Shown piece after piece: positions 1-7,736 of a stretch of 64,000 bases of DNA. Positions within the stretch are counted from its first letter, which is position 1. Each line of letters begins with the position of its first letter. The notes under the pieces were generated by a model. That model did no database searches. It was not told where the DNA came from and saw only the letters and a program-made list of their open reading frames with translations. A program made the position numbers and the translations under genes. The DNA comes from an uncultured Christensenella sp. (GTDB lineage: Bacteria; Bacillota; Clostridia; Christensenellales; UBA3700), in assembly GCA_949290515.1 (NCBI GenBank), contig CASERZ010000003.1, positions 115,464 to 179,463 of the forward strand. Reading direction: 5' to 3'.

Positions 1-1444
1 GAAGTCGTTTGTTTTTGTATTCGTAACCTACGTAATCCACGAAAGGCTTGAGGAACGAAGCCCTCTCGAAACCGTCCGTGATTTTCTCGAGACTTGTCGC
101 TCCGTCTCTGGGTTTGGGGTCGACGACAAAAGCTTTGTTTTCGCTCATCGCGCCTATAAAATCGTCAAGCGTAGGCACGAGAAGTTTGACTGCCGAGCGC
201 GAAACTTTGAAGTTGAGAAGGGCGTTTCTCATATCCATATCGAGAAGTCGTCTTTCCCATTGCGCTACTCTGCTTATTTCCTTTTCGCCGCCGACGTCTC
301 CGCCGTATTCCTTGAATTGCTTAGGCGCGAGCGACGTAATATAATCTCGGCTCTGTACGAGGTCGTATCCGTCCTTGCCGAGTACTCTCTCGGGCAAAGG
401 ATAGATATGCATTATTCTCGCTCTCTTAATGTCTACTATAAAATCTACGGCAGGGTCTTTCTTTATTGCATTGAAAGCGTTTTTCTCCGCCTTTTCGAAA
501 GATACGCCGCTGACCGTATCCGACATAGCTACGAGAGTAAACTCGTTGACGTCTTTTTCGGCTTTTTGAGCAATAAGCTCAACGTCATCGCTTACGAGCA
601 AAGGCAAACACTCGTTGGTGGTAAATACGCCCACGTACCATTCGTCGCCTATGTGTCCTATGACGGCGTTTTGTCCGTTGGCTTCTACTAGTGAAGCGTA
701 TAAAAGCGCAAGTTCGGTAGCCGTAGCCACTTTGCCTTCGAGCAAATCCTTATGCGTCTGTATCATTTCGCTCTTGCTCTCTTGCGACTTATAGTACTCG
801 AAACGCTGGTCGTTGAGTACGCTGAATGCCGCGGCAAAGTAATTGCGCACGTAGTTTTTGTTGGTATTTGCGGTATATCCGCTCTGCGAAGGCAAATTCC
901 ATTTCTTAAGCTTTGCCTCGATAAGCGACATAAGCTGGTTGACCTGAGGAGTACGCTTTACGAACGTAGCGAGGCTCTCGGGACTTCCTTCGTAGTTGCA
1001 CTCGTTGAAAGCGGTAATCTGCACTTCGCAGCTTTGTTTTGCAACTACCTCTTCGTCAAAGAGTACCTCTACCGTAATCAAGCCCTGCAAGGTCTTGTCC
1101 ACCGCAACCATAAACAGCGGGGACAGCTTTGCCTGACAATCGAATTTCGCGTTTGTGCGACGGGGAAGTATTGCCTGCTCTATCTCGTAAGGCAACATAA
1201 AGTCGGGCTGAGAAGTAACGCGCACTTTGAGATTTTCCTTGTCTTCGTTGCTTCTGTTTTTGACGTAAAGTCTGCGGATAGGACTGATACCGTTTTGCAC
1301 CTGATAATAGTTGACTACGGGCGCGCATTCAAGAGTAATCTCCACGGGCATTTTTTCCACGGGAGGCTTCTCTGTCTTTTCGGGCTTTGCCTTTTCCTTG
1401 GCTTCGCTTACTTCACTGACCTGCTCTTCTAATTCTTCTGCCAT
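1..1444 (-). CDS. DUF4011-type (SF1 helicase-associated) protein, N-terminal part; 3' end lies beyond the left window edge
   Basis: This frame is absent from the ORF track because its stop is off-window. My manual reverse-complement translation from the ATG at 1444-1442 (RBS GGAGAG upstream) was carried to position 1 with no stop met. The spans 1261-1444 and 181-300 were re-derived base by base; the rest was read once. It begins MAEELEEQVSEVSEAKEKAKP. Near 200-290 it contains RVAQWERRLLDMDMRNALLNFK, which matches the W..+LLDLS.RN.LLNF signature I associate with DUF4011 N-terminal regions of large helicases. Confidence 0.5.
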   Translation of the reverse strand, partial: MAEELEEQVSEVSEAKEKAKPEKTEKPPVEKMPVEITLECAPVVNYYQVQNGISPIRRLYVKNRSNEDKENLKVRVTSQPDFMLPYEIEQAILPRRTNAKFDCQAKLSPLFMVAVDKTLQGLITVEVLFDEEVVAKQSCEVQITAFNECNYEGSPESLATFVKRTPQVNQLMSLIEAKLKKWNLPSQSGYTANTNKNYVRNYFAAAFSVLNDQRFEYYKSQESKSEMIQTHKDLLEGKVATATELALLYASLVEANGQNAVIGHIGDEWYVGVFTTNECLPLLVSDDVELIAQKAEKDVNEFTLVAMSDTVSGVSFEKAEKNAFNAIKKDPAVDFIVDIKRARIMHIYPLPERVLGKDGYDLVQSRDYITSLAPKQFKEYGGDVGGEKEISRVAQWERRLLDMDMRNALLNFKVSRSAVKLLVPTLDDFIGAMSENKAFVVDPKPRDGATSLEKITDGFERASFLKPFVDYVGYEYKNKRL

Positions 1445-1752
1445 TTCTCTCCTTTCCTTATCCGAACTGTTGATTGACTTTACCGATAAAAGTCTTTTGT
1501 TTCTCGGTATAAAATTTTAACGTAATAATTTCTAACGTTGACGTGCTAAAAACGTCCGCGCGAAAACCGCGCTTTCTCCATCATTATTTTTATTATACTA
1601 TATAATCTGCTTATTTGCAATACGCAATTTTAGTTTAATTTATTGTAAGAATAAAATATAAGGGTAGCTAAACTTCGTAATAAGATACAGCCGCGGAATT
1701 GATTTAGCCTGTAACGGTAGTTAAGAAAAATAGGAAGATGTTTTACATTTTA

Positions 1753-1778
1753 TAAAAAACACGGGATTTCTCCCGTGT
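1753..1778 (-). terminator. rho-independent terminator downstream of the 1790-2638 gene
   Basis: Hairpin acacggga-tttc-tcccgtgt (1759-1778), followed on the minus strand by a T-run (plus-strand A-run 1754-1759). Confidence 0.7.
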
Positions 1779-1789
1779 CGGTTTGCCTT

Positions 1790-2638
1790 CTATTTATCCT
1801 CGTAAGGATTCCCGTGTATGCCCTTGTCATTCAGCTTGACTACTTTTTTATCCAGTTTCTTTTTAAAGTAACTTCTGAATAAAACGTTGTTCCCGTATTT
1901 TCTTACTATTTTGGGACTGACAGCATAGTAAATGCGGATAAACAGCCTTCCTAATACGCTTTTCGCCAAAACGTCATCTCTGTATCTCCTCAAAGTCCAA
2001 ACCTCGGGACAATCGTAACTTCCGTATACGCACGTCGCCACATAGCATCCGCCCGTACGCTTGGGATAATCCTTGACAAAACATTTGCCATTGTATTCGA
2101 CAAAATTAAAAGTGAACATTTTATCTTTGAAAGGATAAGTCAAGGTATAAAAAACGTATTCGTCCCGCTCGGGAGACGACGATTCGTATGAATTAATCTT
2201 GCTGTCGAGATATGTAAAACCGATATCCCGAAACTGCTGCTTGTATTCAAATTCGGCAGCCTGTTTTCCTATATCAATGATTTTACCCGATATAATGTCC
2301 TTGTCTGCTTCGGCATCATAGAAAAAATCTCCTATATAATCCGCAAGTTTTTTGTCGCTCACGGAATATGCGTTATAGTCTACTACATATTCCCTGTCGT
2401 AGCTCACGTCTCCGCTTTTCCTAAATCCCTTTACCCTTGCGTTAAAGCGGTGTGTCTTAACATAAAAATCCTTACGTTCGGCTGTTATGTCTTTTTCTTG
2501 AGCGGTTTTTAACCAATCGATAAAATACTGCAAAGTCTTTACCATACCGGGTTGCGTCGCTTGATAGCGTTTTACATAGTCTGCAAAATACCCTCTTATT
2601 AATTCGAGTCCTTGCTGTTTGAAATTTGTTTCCTCCAT
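1790..2638 (-). CDS. hypothetical protein with a C-terminal Cys-rich CYVAT..YGS..CPEV..LRRYRD motif
   Basis: 282-aa ORF. The C-terminus GGCYVATCVYGSYDCPEVWTLRRYRDDVLAKSVLGRLFIRIYYAVSP resembles the conserved C[FY][IV]AT-type C-terminal module (CFI-box-like) found on otherwise unrelated proteins. The N-terminal 200 aa have no motif I recognise. Confidence 0.55.
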   Translation of the reverse strand: MEETNFKQQGLELIRGYFADYVKRYQATQPGMVKTLQYFIDWLKTAQEKDITAERKDFYVKTHRFNARVKGFRKSGDVSYDREYVVDYNAYSVSDKKLADYIGDFFYDAEADKDIISGKIIDIGKQAAEFEYKQQFRDIGFTYLDSKINSYESSSPERDEYVFYTLTYPFKDKMFTFNFVEYNGKCFVKDYPKRTGGCYVATCVYGSYDCPEVWTLRRYRDDVLAKSVLGRLFIRIYYAVSPKIVRKYGNNVLFRSYFKKKLDKKVVKLNDKGIHGNPYEDK

Positions 2639-2743
2639 GCTTTCCTCCTTAATACATATAGCACCATGGTGCTAATTTGTGTATATTATACTCCCTTGGA
2701 GATAAAATGTCAACAATACAACTATAAATTAAAGAGGTATATA

Positions 2744-2953
2744 ATGCAAATATTAGTTGCGCAAAGAATAAAAGAACTTATGAGCGAACAACATCTGAAT
2801 CAAGTACAGTTGGCGCAAAAAATAGGATTGAAACAAAATACCATAAGCGCATGGCTGCTCGGTAAAAAAGAACCGTGCATAAGCAGTCTGTGGGCGCTTG
2901 CCGATTATTTCGACGTGGATATAGATTATCTGGTAGGAAGAAAAACCTATTGA
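2744..2953 (+). CDS. XRE-family helix-turn-helix transcriptional regulator
   Basis: MQILVAQRIKELMSEQHLNQVQLAQKIGLKQNTISAWLLGKKEPCISSLWALADYFDVDIDYLVGR is a classic Cro/CI HTH. The ATG at 2744 is preceded by AAAGAGG; the 44 codons upstream in the track ORF look non-coding. Confidence 0.85.
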   Translation: MQILVAQRIKELMSEQHLNQVQLAQKIGLKQNTISAWLLGKKEPCISSLWALADYFDVDIDYLVGRKTY

Positions 2954-2991
2954 AGCCCTAGTCTTGCTCGCAATGAATTTTTACGAACAAT

Positions 2992-3022
2992 AAAAAATCC
3001 GCGTACTGCACGCGGATTTTTA
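2992..3022. terminator. bidirectional rho-independent terminator
   Basis: 10-bp stem aaatccgcgt/acgcggattt (2995-3019), flanked by an A-run and a T-run. It sits between the convergent XRE gene and ddh. Confidence 0.8.
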
Positions 3023-3045
3023 TATATAAAACCAAATTTATAAAA

Positions 3046-4029
3046 TTAAAGCATCTTTGCTCTGAGCTCTGCTCCGTCCATAGGAGAGAGATATGCGGGC
3101 GCGACGTCGAGTACGGTTATACAACCGCTCTTGCCCTCCTTGCTCATTCTGTATACCGCTCTCGCATAAGCAACGAGTACGGACGAGGTGAAAGCGGGAT
3201 TTGAATCGAGCTTGAGAGAATATTCGATTACGTTGTTGTATTCGTCGCTCGCTCCCGTCTTGCCGCTTCTGATTACAAAACCACCGTGAGGTATGCCGTT
3301 ATGCTTTTCCTTGAGCTCCTCCAAAGATATGAAGTTGACTGTAGTGTCATAGTCTGCAAAATAGTTGGGCATCTCTTTTATTTGCTTTTCGATAGACGCC
3401 TTGTCCGCTCCCTCTTCGACTACTACGTAGCACTCTCTCGTGTGCTTTTGTCTCGTGGTAAGCGAAGGGTTGCTTCCGCTTCTTACCGCTTCGAGCGCGC
3501 TCTCTACGGGTACGGTATACTGTCTTGCGTCAACTACGCCTTTAATTCTTCTGATAGCGTCGGAGTGTCCCTGACTTACGCCTTTGCCCCAGAAGGTATA
3601 GGTTGCGCCGCCGGGCAAAACGCTCTCTGCGTATACTCTGTTGAGAGAGAACATACCGGGGTCCCAACCGCAGCTGATAAGCGCGAGCTTGCCGTTTTCT
3701 TTAGCGGCTTTGTCTACATTGGAAAAATGCTGAGGAATGTTTGCGTGCGTATCGAAACTGTCGATTACGTTGAAATACTTTGCGACATTTGGAGTCTGTA
3801 CAGGCAAATCCGTAGCAGAGCCGCCGCAGAGTATGAGTACGTCTATATCGTCTTTGTATTTTGCGATATCGTCGGCTTTACATACCTGTACGCCCTTGGT
3901 GAGAGGCTGAATGCTCTCGGGGTTTCTTCTCGTAAAAATCGCGGTCAAAGCGGTGTCGGGATTGTGTGCGATTGCGCTCTCTACTCCCTTGCCGAGATTG
4001 CCGTAACCTAATATACCTATTCTTATCAT
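3046..4029 (-). CDS. ddh: meso-diaminopimelate D-dehydrogenase
   Basis: MIRIGILGYGNLGKGVE..., LILCGGSATD, SCGWDPGMFSLNRVYAE, FWGKGVSQGHSDAIRRIKGV and GIPHGGFVIR are collinear with Corynebacterium/Bacillus Ddh. Confidence 0.9.
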   Translation of the reverse strand: MIRIGILGYGNLGKGVESAIAHNPDTALTAIFTRRNPESIQPLTKGVQVCKADDIAKYKDDIDVLILCGGSATDLPVQTPNVAKYFNVIDSFDTHANIPQHFSNVDKAAKENGKLALISCGWDPGMFSLNRVYAESVLPGGATYTFWGKGVSQGHSDAIRRIKGVVDARQYTVPVESALEAVRSGSNPSLTTRQKHTRECYVVVEEGADKASIEKQIKEMPNYFADYDTTVNFISLEELKEKHNGIPHGGFVIRSGKTGASDEYNNVIEYSLKLDSNPAFTSSVLVAYARAVYRMSKEGKSGCITVLDVAPAYLSPMDGAELRAKML

Positions 4030-4239
4030 TATCGGTACTCCTTCCTTTTATAAATTTTCTATATTATATACCAAACGCTTTTTGTTTGTCCAAAATTTTG
4101 TATAAAAATTTTTGCGATACTATCCTTTTTCTTTTTGACTATGCATTACGTACGCAGCCGTTTGACAAACGGCCTTATTGACAAAAATAAATTTTTTGTT
4201 ATAATGATATTGATATCTTTTACAAGGAGAAGCTTAATT

Positions 4240-4638
4240 ATGTATTGTTCAAATTGTGGTCAACAGCTCGACGACGATGCTAAGACTTGCCCCAACTGCA
4301 ATACCCCCGTAAAGAAAAATTACCGAATGAGCGACTTACCCGCCCACCGTTTGGCGTGGATTTCGTTCTTCTTATGGATAGGCTCTGAAGCTTTCTTTAT
4401 GTTGGCAGGTCTGTTGGCTGCCGCTACGAAAGACAGCGGCAACTATGCGATATTTAGCGCGATAATGAATGTGCTTATCGCCGCACCTATGCTTACTTTG
4501 AGTATAATTGCCGTGCTGAACGCAAAAAAACAAACCTATGATAAGACGGTGCGCGCATTGATGTATGCCGTGCTGGCGATATCGTGCGTATATGCTTTCG
4601 GAGCAATCATATCTATCTTTTCGTTAGGACTTCTCTAA
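4240..4638 (+). CDS. zinc-ribbon membrane protein
   Basis: MYCSNCGQQLDDDAKTCPNCNTP (CxxC...CxxC) followed by hydrophobic helices. The ATG at 4240 has an AGGAGA RBS at 4225-4230. Confidence 0.75.
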   Translation: MYCSNCGQQLDDDAKTCPNCNTPVKKNYRMSDLPAHRLAWISFFLWIGSEAFFMLAGLLAAATKDSGNYAIFSAIMNVLIAAPMLTLSIIAVLNAKKQTYDKTVRALMYAVLAISCVYAFGAIISIFSLGLL

Positions 4639-4654
4639 ATCGGTAAAATCAAAA

Positions 4655-4677
4655 AAGGCGGTTACCCCGCCTTTTTT
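4655..4677 (+). terminator. rho-independent terminator
   Basis: aaggcgg-ttacc-ccgcctt followed by tttt. Confidence 0.75.
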
Positions 4678-4834
4678 ATTTTCCGTATTCGTATTTTGCG
4701 TATTTGTATTTTTCCGTCATTATAAGAAAATCATTCCGCATCGTCGGCGAACTCTTCGTCGTCGTATTCGAATTCGTAGTCCACGCTGTCTTTTACCGCG
4801 TTGATTACGGCAAGTTCGACAGCCTTGACCGCGC

Positions 4835-7537
4835 CTATCGTGGTATTGCCGAAGACTTGCTGTCAGTCTTTGCGGTTTTGCTCTTTGCCGTCGAAGGTTT
4901 TGCCGCGCTCTTTGCCGAAGTGCCGGACGCGCTTTTCTTTTTGCCCGACTTGACCTCTCCGTCCTTTTTGTCCGTAGGCTCCTCTATAGGCTCGTCGCCA
5001 AGATTTATTCTCGCGCCCGCTCTGGATTGAATAGAGAGTCTTCCCCTGTCGGCGGAAGAGTTTTCGCCCAGAGTAACCATTCTTCCCGTGCGTATGCTGC
5101 TTACGGGGGCGGGTGTTTCGTCATCGTCGTCCGTAGGCTCTATAAGGTCGTCGTTGAGCACGGTCGCTCTGTCCATTATAGGTTTTATTATTCCCAGTCC
5201 CGAATAAGAGGGTTTGGCTGTCTCTTTCTTTTCCGACGTTTTCTTTGTCGACTTAGCCTTGACCGTCTTAGGCTCGACGGCTGTTTCATTCTCGGACATA
5301 TCGTCAATCACGTCTGCCGCGGCAAGTGCGCTGTCGGCCGCGGGGGGAGCAGGCTTTTTGTTGACCGAGTTTCGCATAGCCTTGTTGAATTCGGCTCTCT
5401 CCTCGTCAGTAAGTATGTATTTCTTGTCATCGAGTGCCTTTAGCCTTACTACGTTGACCTGTATCTTAGGCTCGTAGCTTTTGATACCTTTTTCGTACTC
5501 CTCTACGGGTGCTATATCAAACCATACCGACGCGTTGTCCTCGTACCACAGCGGATAGTTGGTACCCCATATATTATTTTGAACGAGGAAGGATATTCCG
5601 TACTTGCTGTTTTCGAGTTTGTTATCGAAACGCAAAAGTTTTCCTCTGCCTAAAGATACGGGAACTGCCTGTTTGGGCTGCAACCTGAAAGTCTTGCCGC
5701 CCGCATCGAATTCTATACCCTCGGTAACGGAAAGATTGCGTCCGCCGTTGGGCACGATTGCGTAGGGACTGAGCTTTTGTCCCAGCTTGTGATAGAATAT
5801 CTTGTCTCTGTCGGGAGATATTCCCAGATGCAACCATATCTCTTCGGGAAGTCTGCTTACGTCCTTGTCCGTCCATTCAAGACGCAATTGCATACAGTTT
5901 TCAAAGAATATGTACTGCACGGTGAGTTTCCTGGGCATTCCCAGCTGAGGCATAATCTGCTTTCTGCCCGCTAGTCTGACGGTAACTCTCTCAAACTCCT
6001 TGGTCTTATCGTATACCGCTTCGCTCATCGTATAGGGGAAATTGCCCTGCGGGTAGTACTTTGCCACTTTTCTCAACTTAGGACGACCGAAATCGGGTAT
6101 TGCCCACGTAAAAGTCTTGTACAAAGCTCTGTGATAATTTTTAAGCCAGAACTTAAAGTCCTTAGGCCCCAAACTCTTGTAGTCGACTATACTCTCTTGG
6201 TTATTCTCTATAAGAGCGCGGTTGCCCATAAAGAGGTTTTTAGGCGCGCCGAAAGAATTGAGTTCCAACTTCCATTTTCCGCATTTGACGGGCATATCGG
6301 GAAAAACTCTCGTGCCCTCGGGATAACAACACTCGTCGGGTCGCAACGCTTTGAGTTTTGTAAACGCTTCGATATAAAGTTTCAAAGGCAAAGCTTCGAT
6401 AGCCTTTATGACGTAATCGCGCTGCTCGTTCCACGATTTGGTCATACGCGTATATCTGCCCTTGCCGCCGCGCTTTTTCATAAAATCTCTGAGAAAAGGC
6501 AGACGGAAAATTCCGTAACGCGGTATTTTTGCGTCGGCCTTGCGTGCCTCGATAAAGTCGGGTTTCAAATAGTTGTCGAAATCTCTGAAAGCGTTGAGTA
6601 TGCCTCTTCCCGCCGTATGCTCGGCAAGACAAAGCAAATTGTCGGTAAACACTCTGTAAGCTTCGCTGTCGGGAGAAAGCTGTTTTTTTCTTACCCACTC
6701 GTTGCGCATATCCTCGAGCATTCTGAGCGCGCCGTATTTGTAAGGGTCGCTGCTCACGCCGTGTATCCACGTATCGCCTATCTCGCGCTTTACCACGGGC
6801 AATTGGTCTTTTATCTCCCAAAGCTTTTGGGCAAAGTCGTCCATAGCACCCGCTACTACCTCATAGCCTTTGTACTTTTTCTTTATCTTTTCAAAATTTT
6901 TGAGTACGGTTTTTGCGTCACGGGGGCCGCAGTTGTCCATAGAGTGGTCAAACACAAGCACTTCTTCGAGCGCGGGATGAGTTACGGTACCGCCGTAACT
7001 GCCCTCGTAGACAACGATTATTTGCGCGCCGTCGCACTCCCACACGAATATAGGAGGTACTTGGGGCATTGCAGACGTACGGTTGACGCCTATATGCAGC
7101 ATCTTTATGCCGTGCTTTGCAAGTAGGGGGACTATACCGATTGTATGCCCCGGGACGTCCGTCATCTTTGCCGCAACCGTTTTGCGCGAAAATCTCTTGT
7201 CAAGCTCCTTGACTATTTTCAAGCCGTCCTCAAAAAGTCTTACGTCCTCCAGCTCGCTCTGCACGGTGAAAGGCATTGCGTGCGCGACGATATCTCCTCT
7301 CAGACAAGCTTCTTCGAGCTCTCTTACCCTCTTTTCGTCATCGTCTCTCAATGCGCGGTCTATAAGCCACGAGCCGAGAGTCCATACGAATTTTTTACCG
7401 TCGGTATTGACTTCTTTTGCTATCTGAATAGCGTTGGGGATATATTTTTCGAGATACTTGTCTACCACTCTCTCAGCGAGATTGGTATATCCCAGGTCCA
7501 AATGAGTTTTGGAAACTACGTAAACGGTTTTTGCCAT
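4835..7537 (-). CDS. DUF5054 / glycoside hydrolase family 38 N-domain-like protein with a roughly 175-aa low-complexity K/S/A/T/D/E-rich C-terminal tail
   Basis: N-terminus MAKTVYVVSKTHLDLGYTNLAERVVDKYLEKYIPNAIQIAKE...WTLGSWLIDRAL matches the KTHLD.G.T / W..GSWL pattern of DUF5054 (GH38-like) proteins. No signal peptide. The tail ends ...KKKSASGTSAKSAAKPSTAKSKTAKTDSKSSAIPR. Confidence 0.6.
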   Translation of the reverse strand: MAKTVYVVSKTHLDLGYTNLAERVVDKYLEKYIPNAIQIAKEVNTDGKKFVWTLGSWLIDRALRDDDEKRVRELEEACLRGDIVAHAMPFTVQSELEDVRLFEDGLKIVKELDKRFSRKTVAAKMTDVPGHTIGIVPLLAKHGIKMLHIGVNRTSAMPQVPPIFVWECDGAQIIVVYEGSYGGTVTHPALEEVLVFDHSMDNCGPRDAKTVLKNFEKIKKKYKGYEVVAGAMDDFAQKLWEIKDQLPVVKREIGDTWIHGVSSDPYKYGALRMLEDMRNEWVRKKQLSPDSEAYRVFTDNLLCLAEHTAGRGILNAFRDFDNYLKPDFIEARKADAKIPRYGIFRLPFLRDFMKKRGGKGRYTRMTKSWNEQRDYVIKAIEALPLKLYIEAFTKLKALRPDECCYPEGTRVFPDMPVKCGKWKLELNSFGAPKNLFMGNRALIENNQESIVDYKSLGPKDFKFWLKNYHRALYKTFTWAIPDFGRPKLRKVAKYYPQGNFPYTMSEAVYDKTKEFERVTVRLAGRKQIMPQLGMPRKLTVQYIFFENCMQLRLEWTDKDVSRLPEEIWLHLGISPDRDKIFYHKLGQKLSPYAIVPNGGRNLSVTEGIEFDAGGKTFRLQPKQAVPVSLGRGKLLRFDNKLENSKYGISFLVQNNIWGTNYPLWYEDNASVWFDIAPVEEYEKGIKSYEPKIQVNVVRLKALDDKKYILTDEERAEFNKAMRNSVNKKPAPPAADSALAAADVIDDMSENETAVEPKTVKAKSTKKTSEKKETAKPSYSGLGIIKPIMDRATVLNDDLIEPTDDDDETPAPVSSIRTGRMVTLGENSSADRGRLSIQSRAGARINLGDEPIEEPTDKKDGEVKSGKKKSASGTSAKSAAKPSTAKSKTAKTDSKSSAIPR

Positions 7538-7630
7538 AATTTTTCCCTTCTTTTGAACAAGTCTCAGGGCATAATGCCTTAAGACCGTATAATCATTTTA
7601 TCACAAATGCTCCCCTTATACAAGAGGGGA

Positions 7631-7667
7631 AATAAAAATTTAATACCGCGCCCGTAAGACGCGGTAT
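7631..7667 (-). terminator. rho-independent terminator downstream of the fucosidase gene
   Basis: Hairpin ataccgcg...cgcggtat (7643-7667) with an A/T-rich run on the minus-strand 3' side. Confidence 0.6.
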
Positions 7668-7736
7668 ATAGTATCGGTTCAGATTACGTGTCTGCCGAGC
7701 ATAACCCGAACGTGTCGTACAATGTCGTTTGTAAGA

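Noticed and set aside
48-1432. Plus-strand ORFs 48-344, 260-691, 752-1432 and 1311-1520 offered by the track
   Set aside because: The minus-strand frame translated here encodes a sensible protein with a good RBS and a DUF4011-like motif. It is missing from the track only because its stop is off-window.
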